IMG/VR virus record: IMGVR_UViG_2778261505_000002
Origin: a virus
Taxonomy: Duplodnaviria > Heunggongvirae > Uroviricota > Caudoviricetes
DNA: 64,000 nt
Reading direction: 5' to 3' (one strand)
Part shown: piece after piece, positions 28,901 to 37,913 of the stretch
How the letters are laid out: each line of letters starts with the position of its first letter
Numbering within the stretch: the stretch's first letter is position 1
Position numbers and translations under genes: made by a program
The notes under the pieces: model-generated
What the model was told of the DNA's origin: nothing
The model's database searches: none
Seen by the model: the letters and a program-made list of their open reading frames with translations, nothing else

Positions 28901-30551
28901 CTCGCAGCGTGCGGCCAAGAAGGAACAGGCAGCGCAACAGAAACTGGCAGCCGGATACCAGAAGGCTCTGGACAAAGCTGATCAGCTTATGGGGCAAATG
29001 GGTGAAAGCTCTAAGGCTACGGTATCGTTTGATCAGTCTCTTCGCGATACAACGAAATCGCTGACAGATTTGGCTAATGCGGTACCTAACGAGTTCATCA
29101 CTCAAGAGATGATCGACAAGGCGAAAAAACGTCTTGAAGACCTCAAAAATGCGACACCTGAATATCGCGAGATGTTTAATCGCCGCAATGTTGAGCAGAT
29201 GATCTCTACTTGGGCACCGGAGGCGGATTCCATTATTAGTGCTGGCTATACGCCGTCTCGTGAAGAGAAAGTTGCTGATTTCGAAGACACCTACAACCGC
29301 AATCTCAAAGCGTTGATAGAACTTCGTGATAAGGCGTCTGATCCTAAAGTTGTGGCGCTTTATACAAAGAAAATCAATCAACTGATTGCTGCTGGCAATA
29401 CCGCGCTTATTAAAGAGACGGGGACTGCGACGCAGAAGTTGGCACTGGAATACGAAAACCTGGCAGAGCAGATCGAAAGCACCTGGACTGATTTGTTTAG
29501 TGGCTTAACTGATGTCCTGACTGATTTCGTTATTAACGGGAAGATGAGCTTCTCCAGCCTATCTCAGTCCATTTTGAAAGATATCACCAATATGGTCGTG
29601 AAGTCGCAGATCACGCTGCCTCTAATGAACATGTTGGGGATGGGAACCACCGCTGCTGGTAGTTCACAGAGTGGTAATTTGCTGACCGGGGTTGCTTCCG
29701 CCGTTGCCAATCAAGGGGTACGAATGGGCAACACTGTTAACGGCGACAAGTCTGTAGGAGAAGCCACGAAGGAGACGTCCAGTTCGGTAACTGGATTGGG
29801 GCAAACAACACAGCAGACCACCAGCGCAATTGGCACAGCAACAAATGCGATTGGTAGCTGGGTATCGGGGCTATTTGATAGCACCGAAGCCAAAGATGCT
29901 GAGACAAAAGCCGTGAAGGACTCCATCTTCTCGATGCAGAACCTCAGCTCTGTTACCGGCGCGCTGTCTGCCGCGTTTGCAATGCTTGGAGCTAATGCTT
30001 CCGGCTCTGGTAATAAGTGGTTGAGTTTTGGAGCAACGGTTGCATCTGGTCTTGTTTCAGCTTGGGCTGGCGGTGGATTCGATGGATTGATGTCCGGTTC
30101 TTCTGGCTCAACTTCCGGGTTCAACAATCTGACCAGTTCTGCTGCCGATGGCACGAATGGCATTCCTGCAATCCCGAAGTTTGCAAATGGTGGCATATTC
30201 GGAAAAGACGGCGTGATCCCGCTCCGGGCATACCAGAAAGGCGGTATCGCCAACTCACCTCAATTGGCGTTGTTTGGGGAAGGCGATATGAATGAGGCGT
30301 ATGTTCCATTGCCTGATGGTCGAACAATCCCTGTAACGCTAAGTACCGATGGTATGAGTGGAGGAGGAAATGTTCTTTCTCCTGTATCAATTGAGATCAA
30401 CGTCCATAGTGACGGTAGCACGACAGAATCCGGCGATACAGAAAGCATATGGAACAATGCCGCTCAACGGATGAAAGCAATCGCGCTTGAGACTATCGCT
30501 CAAGAGAAACGCCCTGGCGGATCACTCAACCCAAACACTCAACGTAACTAA
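25983..30551 (+). CDS. tail tape measure protein
   Basis: 1523 aa, coiled-coil N-terminal half, Gly/Ala-rich hydrophobic segments, position after G/GT. Confidence 0.85.
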   Translation: MSQNVEFILSLEDKQFTASIDRAGKLLTRFGEQVTKPAQKIQTFERSLGSVARIIGVLESKLDSTADKLQDVAAGFELASDATRKMRGNITSLNSGLKALIERVDTTTSSVDKLTASLRKVQSELNDFSDWATYASKSASRFGTEVKEASASVSGMNTRLNTTTKRLSNWGVTTSQAAEGLKKVREQMDEVIGRQQLISKPVRVRTSGSGDGGSGRRSGSGHSGKSNEGGMFSGLRGNIFLLGEIGDAARTVTDIMFGWQKPIVEAAAEMERMRVMLRGLNKEKSNPGQAAADDMKYIVDMAQNAPFAMQALTDSFVKFRSAGLDPTDGSLKALVDSVARFGGDSELLKRAAVAVQQMSGKGVVSMEELRQQLGEAVPNAMQAMADAAGITMGELTKAVASGTVEAKQALSLMFVGLRAENENAAKDMMQTYTGALAQLQTSFTLFADRVGQAGYLDSLSKGMKELASIMNSAEGISFANSLGSGLTTAIDGLRQLAQWLAKNQELVINLGKVVAAMVAFKLMRAGIMGVVGAGSQMVSTFATMATAIQTPFNLGATAVTRFNRAARMGLAPIPSLIFAIRGAITGLKGAFAGLTAFIAANPIGAAFTVATVAVAGLITYMTMLRSETSKVVDEIRKIPEAMTAAKRAQMADRAEKLEKQILADQRALKTGEGVNYVSNSAGVITHKESKADIEARLKKNQEEYQKITGTIALGDGAVAKRLAKEAAESQIEKIRAENQIFAATFVKARQEALDKIQKINDDGSLSDDEKNKLLAPLRETVNKSYLEPAQKLVDSLSSRKNATEKQIATLNDQLEKAKKDGNTEQIQKLQGSIRGYQEHLEAVAQELTQAEFERDNAAKTGKGVMSNQGTVLGLGTTDKAAQKALAQYMRNQMDSATYQRTLPDGTPMMDFEGKPIIGPKQLKTQLNLQKASSASSLEKMSDEERAAAIAALTKAREQDAAAAEKAAQRSANASQRAAKKEQAAQQKLAAGYQKALDKADQLMGQMGESSKATVSFDQSLRDTTKSLTDLANAVPNEFITQEMIDKAKKRLEDLKNATPEYREMFNRRNVEQMISTWAPEADSIISAGYTPSREEKVADFEDTYNRNLKALIELRDKASDPKVVALYTKKINQLIAAGNTALIKETGTATQKLALEYENLAEQIESTWTDLFSGLTDVLTDFVINGKMSFSSLSQSILKDITNMVVKSQITLPLMNMLGMGTTAAGSSQSGNLLTGVASAVANQGVRMGNTVNGDKSVGEATKETSSSVTGLGQTTQQTTSAIGTATNAIGSWVSGLFDSTEAKDAETKAVKDSIFSMQNLSSVTGALSAAFAMLGANASGSGNKWLSFGATVASGLVSAWAGGGFDGLMSGSSGSTSGFNNLTSSAADGTNGIPAIPKFANGGIFGKDGVIPLRAYQKGGIANSPQLALFGEGDMNEAYVPLPDGRTIPVTLSTDGMSGGGNVLSPVSIEINVHSDGSTTESGDTESIWNNAAQRMKAIALETIAQEKRPGGSLNPNTQRN

Positions 30552-30593
30552 CTATCGACTGCCCCGACCGGGGCAGTCTCACAAGGATGTGAG

Positions 30594-30929
30594 ATGGAAA
30601 GACAAACGTTTAATTGGTATCCAGATTACGAATCTGAAAAGAGCGTAAAACCGAATGTAACGGTACTTAATTTTGGTGATGACTACGAGCAGCGACAGGC
30701 TCAAGGTCTTAATCGTATTAAAGAAGAATGGTCGTTAACCTTTACCAGATCATACAACGAAATTAATGCAATCGATGATTTCCTGACTGAGCGATCAGGT
30801 GTTGAATCGTTCTATTGGGTTAATCCAAGAGGCAAGCAGATTGTAGTTGTATGTGACAGTCATACGGTCAAGCGATATCAGGGGTACTGTGTCTTAACTG
30901 CTACATTCAGACAAGTATTTGAGGCTTAA
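30594..30929 (+). CDS. minor tail protein (lambda M-like)
   Basis: Size and position after tape measure. Confidence 0.55.
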   Translation: MERQTFNWYPDYESEKSVKPNVTVLNFGDDYEQRQAQGLNRIKEEWSLTFTRSYNEINAIDDFLTERSGVESFYWVNPRGKQIVVVCDSHTVKRYQGYCVLTATFRQVFEA

Positions 30930-31011
30930 GCATCTGGATAAGTAAGTACTAATTTACTATCATTGTGGCGCTGACAGGATGTTAGCGCCTACTTATTTCA
31001 AGGATGAAACA

Positions 31012-31710
31012 ATGGGAATTAAAGCTGATATTCAGAGCTTATCTCCCTCTGCACTCATTGAGTTGTTCGTACTGGATATGTCGAACACAACTTCAGGGGG
31101 GAAGCTATTCTTCCACGCCGGAACAAACGAACTGATGCAACCGGTCGTCTGGCAAGGAGTGACATACGAGCCGTGGCCAATCAAAGCATCAGGCTTTGAC
31201 AAAACTGGCCAGGGAACGTTGCCACGTCCAAAAATTCAGGTATCGAACTTTGCCGGAACCGTCTCTGCGGAAGTTCAGGCGAACGACGATCTTGTTGGCT
31301 GCCGCATTATTCGCAAGATGACGCTGGCTCGCTTCCTCGATGCCGTTAATTTTAAAGACGGTAATCCAACAGCAGATCCAAACCAACATTTCCCGGATGA
31401 AATGTGGTTTATCGAACAGAAAACGCTCGAAACTCATCAGGTTGTCGAGTTTGAGTTGTCCAGTGTGTTCGATTTGATGGGGGTGCAACTGCCGTATCGT
31501 CAGATCATTAAAAACACCTGCCCGTGGAAATACCGAGGGCCAGAATGCGGCTATACCGGTCCATATTTCGACAAAAATAACCAGCAGACGTCTATGTCTG
31601 GTGCTGATTACTGCACAAAACGTTATGACGCCTGTAATGCGCGTCGGAATTATTTTGCCAACGGAGTGATCCATTTTGGCGGGTTTATTGGAGCTACGCG
31701 ATATGTGTAA
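31012..31710 (+). CDS. minor tail protein (lambda L-like)
   Basis: ATG 31012 with AAGGA RBS; position. Confidence 0.55.
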   Translation: MGIKADIQSLSPSALIELFVLDMSNTTSGGKLFFHAGTNELMQPVVWQGVTYEPWPIKASGFDKTGQGTLPRPKIQVSNFAGTVSAEVQANDDLVGCRIIRKMTLARFLDAVNFKDGNPTADPNQHFPDEMWFIEQKTLETHQVVEFELSSVFDLMGVQLPYRQIIKNTCPWKYRGPECGYTGPYFDKNNQQTSMSGADYCTKRYDACNARRNYFANGVIHFGGFIGATRYV

Positions 31711-32500
31711 TAAAGCAATCCCTGAGCTTGGCTCTGATGTTATGCAGCAAATCTATCTCTGCGCCATAAATCGCTACCCTAATGAAGCGTGTGGCTTTCT
31801 GGTGAGAACTAATGGCGACAAATATCGCTTTATGGAAGCGCGAAATGTTTCGGAGAACCCGCAGAACACTTTTGTAATGCACGTTGACGACATTATAGCG
31901 GCAGAGGATGCGGGTGATGTTATCGCAATCTGGCATTCACATACTGATGAATCAGCAGAAGCATCTGATGCCGATCGTGCAGGCTGTGAAGCGACGGAAG
32001 TTCCGTGGATGATTCTGGCTATTCGCAAGAATGTTGAGGGAGATGCCCCTTTCCATTTTAGCGAGATGAATGTGATCACACCTGATGGTTTCGAAATGCC
32101 ATACCTGGGTAGACCGTATGTATTTGGCGTATTCGATTGCTGGATGTTGTGTCGGGACTATTTGAAGCGTGAGTTTAACGTCGAACTAAACCCGAACGCA
32201 CACCTGCATATTCCATCGTGGTACACCGGCGATAACGACATTCTCGATCAGAACTACCGTAACGAGGGATTGGTACGGCTTGCACCCGGAACAGAGCCTC
32301 AACGTGGGGACGTATTCTTTATCCAATACGGGAAAATGCCTGACCACTGCGCGGTTTATATCGGCGATGGAATGATTCTTCATCACCAGATCGACCGCCT
32401 AAGTTGTCGTGCTTATTACGGCGGAATGTATCAGAAACATACGACGCATCACTTGCGTCACAGAGACTTGCTCAAGGGAGATGAGACGTGTCTGAGTTAG
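31703..32500 (+). CDS. tail assembly protein with JAMM/MPN and NlpC/P60 domains (lambda K-like)
   Basis: JAMM motif H-S-H-x7-S-x2-D (HSHTDESAEASDAD); C-terminal Cys...His segment. Confidence 0.7.
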   Translation: MCNKAIPELGSDVMQQIYLCAINRYPNEACGFLVRTNGDKYRFMEARNVSENPQNTFVMHVDDIIAAEDAGDVIAIWHSHTDESAEASDADRAGCEATEVPWMILAIRKNVEGDAPFHFSEMNVITPDGFEMPYLGRPYVFGVFDCWMLCRDYLKREFNVELNPNAHLHIPSWYTGDNDILDQNYRNEGLVRLAPGTEPQRGDVFFIQYGKMPDHCAVYIGDGMILHHQIDRLSCRAYYGGMYQKHTTHHLRHRDLLKGDETCLS

Positions 32501-33078
32501 TTCATGTGCAGCTTGGCGGCCCTATGGCCAAACATTTTGGCCGCCACTGGCATCTAAAGGTGCGTAATACAAAACAAGCTCTGGATTTAATTGAGGCCAA
32601 CAAGCCTGGGTTTAAAGCATGGATGAAGCGCAATATCAAAACCTATGACAGATACCACATCCAGATCACCAATAAACAGGGCCACAAGTGGTCTGTGGAC
32701 GAGAGTGAATATCAGATGATGGGGCAGTCTGACAATATTGCAAAAATCCGCATTACACCTGTTCCGCGAGGAAGCGGTGGATCTGCTTTTGGATGGTTTC
32801 AGACGGTTGTTGGAGCAGTATTAATGGTTGCCTCGATATGGGTGCCCGCTCTTGCGCCTCTCGGTTTGTCACTGATGATGGGCGGTATAGCGCAAATCAT
32901 ATCTCCGCAAGCCACTAACGAAAGTGTGAGGCAGGCGGATAACTCGAACTCTTATTACTTTGATGGACCTCAAAACACAACAAACCAGGGGAACCCTGTA
33001 CAGCTTATCTATGGCGAGGAAATTTTAGTTGGCTCACAGGTCGTGAGTTCTTCTATCACCATCGACCAGCTTATGTAA
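32488..33078 (+). CDS. tail assembly protein (lambda I-like)
   Basis: Position; C-terminal hydrophobic segment. Confidence 0.55.
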   Translation: MSELVHVQLGGPMAKHFGRHWHLKVRNTKQALDLIEANKPGFKAWMKRNIKTYDRYHIQITNKQGHKWSVDESEYQMMGQSDNIAKIRITPVPRGSGGSAFGWFQTVVGAVLMVASIWVPALAPLGLSLMMGGIAQIISPQATNESVRQADNSNSYYFDGPQNTTNQGNPVQLIYGEEILVGSQVVSSSITIDQLM

Positions 33079-33095
33079 TCAAGGATTTTTTGGAC

Positions 33096-36000
33096 ATGGA
33101 ACAGTTCAAGAAGAAAAAATTACCGCTTCTTATTGCCGGTGCTGGTGGCAAGAAAAGTAAAAGCTCCAGCCGTACCCCGGTTGAAGCTGATGATACTGTC
33201 AATTCTCGTGCTATGGCAGCCATCCTCGACCTTCTTGGCGAGGGGGTTATCGGTGGCCTGGTAAATGGCGCAAAGTCGATCTTCATCGACGATTTACCGA
33301 TCTTGAATGAAGATGGCTCTTCCAACTTCAGCGGTATTACATGGGATTTTCGTGACGGCTCACAAGACCAGACGCCAATGGCTGGTTTTGATTTTGTTGA
33401 AACGCCTAAGTCCGTAAATATTCAGCTTAAAAAAACACACGACGTTACGGTTTCAATCGATAACGATGAAGCTGATCGCGTTCGTGTCATCATGAAATTC
33501 CCCTCTTTACGTAGCGTTGATAAAAGCTCTGGCGATACAAATGGCACTACGGTGAAGTACAAATTCCAGATCGCCAACGCAGACGCAACATTTTCTGATG
33601 TAGTGGCAGAAGGTGAGAAAAGCGTTGATATCACGCTAACGGCAAAGAAAACCGGCGTGTATTACCGTAGCTATGAGCTGAAACTGCCTAAGCCTGGTCG
33701 TGCATACAAGGTTAGGGTGATTCGTCTTACAGATGATAATAGTAGCCAGTACCTCTACAACGACACATGGGTTGATTCCATCGGTGAGATTGTCGACACG
33801 CCAATGAACTACCCTAACTCTGCTCTTGTTGGCTTGAAGGTCAATTCAGAGCAGTTTGGTAGCACAATGCCTTCCCGTTCGTATTTGGTGCGCGGTATCA
33901 AAATCCGAGTACCGTCAAACTACAACGAATACACCAATACTTATGTCGGCGTATGGGACGGTACTTTTAAGCTGTTGTCTTCTTCAAACCCTGCGTGGAT
34001 TCTCTACGATTTGCTTACCAATACTCGGTATGGTCTTGGGCAATTTGTGTCGGAATCCATGATTGACCTCGGCCAGCTCTACCAGATTGGTCGATATTGT
34101 GACGAAGAGGTCGATGATGGCTTTGGGGGTAAAGAGAAACGCTTTGCAATCAATACGCAGATCACCAGTCGACAAGACGCATACCGATTAATTCAGGATA
34201 TTGCCGGTGCATTCCGCGGCATGGTGTTTTGGGCTGGTGGCATGGTTAACATCATGCAGGATAGCCCATCAGATCCGGTAATGATGTTTACCAACTCCAA
34301 CGTCAAAGATGGACTGTTTACCTATAAAGGTTCTGCGCGTAAAGATCGCCCATCCGTTGCGCTCGTAACCTACAACAACAAGGAGGACGGTTATAAGCAA
34401 AATATCGAGTACGTTGAAGATCAGGACGCAATGCGCCGTTATGGTGAGCGTAAAACAGAAGTCGTAGCATTTGGATGTACAAGCCGAGGCCAGGCTCACC
34501 GAGTTGGTTTGTGGCTGTTGTATACCGCCAGAATGGAGTCGGATGTAATTACATTTACTGCCGGCTTAGACGCCTCATTTCTGATGCCTGGTGAAACCGT
34601 TCTGATTCAGAACAAATATCGTGCAGGTAAACGTAACTCCGGTCGAATTGTGGAGTTTACCAAAAACAGCATCACTCTCGATGCGCCTGTGTCGTTAGCT
34701 AAAAGCGGCAGCTTTATTCGGATATTGAATCAGGAAGGCAAAATCGTTGAACGCGATGTTCTTGAAACTGGCGAAAACATAACAAAGGTTACGTTTTCAA
34801 AAGCCCTGTCGTCAGCGGAAACGCCTGTTTTGAACGGTGTCTGGACAATTACAGAACCAGATCTCGAACCTATGCGCGTTCGCATCGTTAACATCGCACA
34901 GGGGGAAACGTCGGGTAGCTTTGACATCACCGCTGTTGAGAACAATCCGTCTAAATATGAGGCAATCGACAATGGTGCAACGCTGATCCCGCAGAATACG
35001 ACGGTATTGGACCCAACTTACTCCAAGCCATCTAATCTGCAAATCACTGAAGGGACTTATCTCTCAAGCCCGGGCAACCTGTCAGTAAAACTGACTGCAA
35101 CATGGGAAGGGAAATCTCCAGAGTATTGGATCAGTTGGCGACGTTCTGATGAAAACAATGTATCGAACTGGCAATCGGCGCGTGTAACCGAAGAGCAATA
35201 CGAAATCGTTAATGTCGCGGAGAATGGACGCTACGACTTCCAGCTGTATGCGGTTTCATTCAACGGTAAAAAAACAGAGATTATCAGTACCGTTTATCAG
35301 GTGTTGGGCACAATGACACCGCCTGATGCCCCAACGTCATTAACGGCCGTTGGAGACTATCGTAATGTGATACTGAATTGGGTTAATCCAGATTCGGTAG
35401 ACCTTGATCACATTAATGTTTACGCATCCCAGACCAACAATCTGGATACGGCGAAACTGATCGCAGAGTCTGCAAGCACCACCTTTACACATGCTGGTCT
35501 TGGGGATAGCGAAACGTGGTATTACTGGGTTCGAGCATCGAACAAGCGAGGTATGTTAAGTCCTCCGAACTCAAACTTGGGTACAGAGGCGACAACTCGC
35601 GATGTACTGTCGTTCCTGACTGGCAAAATTACATCTTCCGAGCTTGGTCAGGCTCTGCTTGAGGACATCAACAGCAAAGTCTCTCAAGAAGCAGTTGACG
35701 AGTTAAATGAGCATATCAACCAGAGCGTCGAATCTTTAGAGGGGGCGGTAAACGACGTTAAGGAAGATATAGCTGAATTAGATAAGCAGTTCAGCGATAA
35801 CCTCGCGGGTTTTGAAATAAAATTCAACGAGCGTAGCGATGCTTTGGAGAACGCACAAACCGAGCTTAAAGGTGAGGTTTCGGCAACGATTAACAAGGTC
35901 AATGAAGCGTTTGAAAAAATTGATGCTACTGATGCTGCAATTGTTGAAATCGAAAACACCGTATCTGAACACGATAAAGCTCTCGCTAATACAGTCGAGG

Positions 36001-37820
36001 CAATAAAGGCTGCAAGAGATGAAGCGGCGGCTCTTATTGCTAAGGAAAGCGAGGCTCGTGTTGAAGGTGATGCTGCAAACGCTAAACAACTGGAAGTGTT
36101 GCAGTCAACGGTAGAGGAAAGCTCCGCTGCCGTTGAAGAAATGAAAAAGACGGTTGCAGAGGTCGATCGTGCCAGTGCAGAACTGACTACGAACATTGAG
36201 GCTTTGGCCAAAACAAATATTGACCTGGCTCTTCGTCAAGATGAAGACCAGCACAAGCAGATGGTCAATAACGCGAAGATCGCAACAACACAGAAAACCT
36301 TTGCTGATGATATGTCTGCAATGGCCACGAAGGTTGAGGAAATTCGCGTAGAAATTGGCGAAGATATTAAGGCCAGTATTCTGGAAGAGTCCACCGCTCG
36401 TGCCGATGGCGATGAAGCGTTGGCAAAGCGTGTCACTCAGCTGCAATCTAAGTTTGAAGGAGATATCAGCGCGGCGATTAGTACAGAGCAGGAGGCTCGT
36501 ACATCTGCCGATGAAGCTCTGACGACACAAATCACTCAGCTTGAGTCGAAAGTAAGCAACGATATCGTCGCAGCTATTAAGGAAGAGCAAGAAGCCCGAG
36601 CAACGGAAGATTCGGCTCTGGCAAGCCAGATCACCCAACTTCAGGCAAAGGTTGATGATGATATTTCTGCTGCAATACGCAGTGAGCAGGAGGCCCGAGC
36701 AAGCGGGGACTCTGCGTTAGCCAAACAAATAAACCAGCTTCAGTCAAAGGTTGACGGTGATATATCCGCTGCCATCACTCAGGAGCAGGAGGCCAGAGCA
36801 AGTGCTGACCAGGCGCTCTCACGAGAAATTAACAGCCTGCGAGCACAAACCGGAACTGATATTGCCGCAGCGGTTGCTGTAGAGACAAAAGCAAGGACTG
36901 ATGCCGATAGTGCATTGTCTACCCAGATTACGTCTCTTACAGCAAAAGCTAATGATCTCAAGGCGTCTCTTGCCAGAGAAACAACGGCTCGTGCAGATGG
37001 TGATACCGCTTTAACAAAAGAGGTTTCAAGTTTAAAAGCACAGACAGCGAAAGATATTAGTGCGGCCGTTGCAGTTGAAACGCAGGCTCGAACTGATGCT
37101 GACTCGGCGTTGTCGTCTCAGATCACCAAGCTGACCTCTCAATACAAAGAGGATATTAAAGCGGCTGTAGCAACCGAAACGAAAACGCGTACAGAGCAAG
37201 ATGCTGCATTGGCGACTCAAATCACAAACTTAGAGTCTCAAACGGCAGCCAACATTTCCGCGGCGGTCACAACTGAAACGAAAGCGAGAACGCAGGCAGA
37301 TAATGCTCTGAGTGGGCGAATCGATACTCTGAAAGCAGAGGTGAATGGAAATACCGCGACAATTCAACAGCAGGCAACAGCTATTGCTGATACCAACAAA
37401 AAAGTGTCAACCGCGTGGACGTTGAAAATGGAGACTTCAACGAGCGGAGGGCAGAAGTATGTTGCCGGTATTGCGCTTGGTATTGACACCACTGGGCTAT
37501 CTCAGTTTTTGGTTCAGGCGGACAGGTTTGGTTTGGTCAACTCTGTTAACGGGAAGATCACAACGCCATTTGTTATCGAAAACAGTATCGCCTATATGAA
37601 TGGAGCGTATATCAAGGATGGCACAATCACCAATGCAAAAGTAGGCGATCTGCAATCTACCAATTTTGTTAGCGGTAGATCTGGATGGCGGTTCGGCAAA
37701 AATGGAACGCTTGAGATCAACGGTAATAGCGGCGGCAATGGGCGATTGGTTATAAATGGTCAGCGGATTGACGTTTATGACGATAACAACGTCTTACGAG
37801 TAAGAATTGGCCGTCTGTGA
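33096..37820 (+). CDS. central tail fibre / host specificity protein (lambda J-like)
   Basis: About 1574 aa after K and I; internal 33-aa coiled-coil repeat array. Confidence 0.8.
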   Translation: MEQFKKKKLPLLIAGAGGKKSKSSSRTPVEADDTVNSRAMAAILDLLGEGVIGGLVNGAKSIFIDDLPILNEDGSSNFSGITWDFRDGSQDQTPMAGFDFVETPKSVNIQLKKTHDVTVSIDNDEADRVRVIMKFPSLRSVDKSSGDTNGTTVKYKFQIANADATFSDVVAEGEKSVDITLTAKKTGVYYRSYELKLPKPGRAYKVRVIRLTDDNSSQYLYNDTWVDSIGEIVDTPMNYPNSALVGLKVNSEQFGSTMPSRSYLVRGIKIRVPSNYNEYTNTYVGVWDGTFKLLSSSNPAWILYDLLTNTRYGLGQFVSESMIDLGQLYQIGRYCDEEVDDGFGGKEKRFAINTQITSRQDAYRLIQDIAGAFRGMVFWAGGMVNIMQDSPSDPVMMFTNSNVKDGLFTYKGSARKDRPSVALVTYNNKEDGYKQNIEYVEDQDAMRRYGERKTEVVAFGCTSRGQAHRVGLWLLYTARMESDVITFTAGLDASFLMPGETVLIQNKYRAGKRNSGRIVEFTKNSITLDAPVSLAKSGSFIRILNQEGKIVERDVLETGENITKVTFSKALSSAETPVLNGVWTITEPDLEPMRVRIVNIAQGETSGSFDITAVENNPSKYEAIDNGATLIPQNTTVLDPTYSKPSNLQITEGTYLSSPGNLSVKLTATWEGKSPEYWISWRRSDENNVSNWQSARVTEEQYEIVNVAENGRYDFQLYAVSFNGKKTEIISTVYQVLGTMTPPDAPTSLTAVGDYRNVILNWVNPDSVDLDHINVYASQTNNLDTAKLIAESASTTFTHAGLGDSETWYYWVRASNKRGMLSPPNSNLGTEATTRDVLSFLTGKITSSELGQALLEDINSKVSQEAVDELNEHINQSVESLEGAVNDVKEDIAELDKQFSDNLAGFEIKFNERSDALENAQTELKGEVSATINKVNEAFEKIDATDAAIVEIENTVSEHDKALANTVEAIKAARDEAAALIAKESEARVEGDAANAKQLEVLQSTVEESSAAVEEMKKTVAEVDRASAELTTNIEALAKTNIDLALRQDEDQHKQMVNNAKIATTQKTFADDMSAMATKVEEIRVEIGEDIKASILEESTARADGDEALAKRVTQLQSKFEGDISAAISTEQEARTSADEALTTQITQLESKVSNDIVAAIKEEQEARATEDSALASQITQLQAKVDDDISAAIRSEQEARASGDSALAKQINQLQSKVDGDISAAITQEQEARASADQALSREINSLRAQTGTDIAAAVAVETKARTDADSALSTQITSLTAKANDLKASLARETTARADGDTALTKEVSSLKAQTAKDISAAVAVETQARTDADSALSSQITKLTSQYKEDIKAAVATETKTRTEQDAALATQITNLESQTAANISAAVTTETKARTQADNALSGRIDTLKAEVNGNTATIQQQATAIADTNKKVSTAWTLKMETSTSGGQKYVAGIALGIDTTGLSQFLVQADRFGLVNSVNGKITTPFVIENSIAYMNGAYIKDGTITNAKVGDLQSTNFVSGRSGWRFGKNGTLEINGNSGGNGRLVINGQRIDVYDDNNVLRVRIGRL
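36370..37340 (+). repeat. about ten tandem 99 bp coding repeats inside the J-like gene
   Basis: Repeated EQEARxSADxAL..QITQLQSKV units visible in the translation. Confidence 0.7.
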
Positions 37821-37913
37821 TGGTGGAAAAAAAATTTTATATCGGTAAAAATAGGTAAGTATCTACTTAATGGCGGGCAAGGATAGCCCGCCAAATCAAG
37901 GAGCATATTCAAC

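Noticed and set aside
36370-37340. CRISPR-like regular repeats
   Set aside because: The only long regular arrays are in-frame coding repeats of the J-like and fibre genes; no repeat-spacer architecture and no cas genes.
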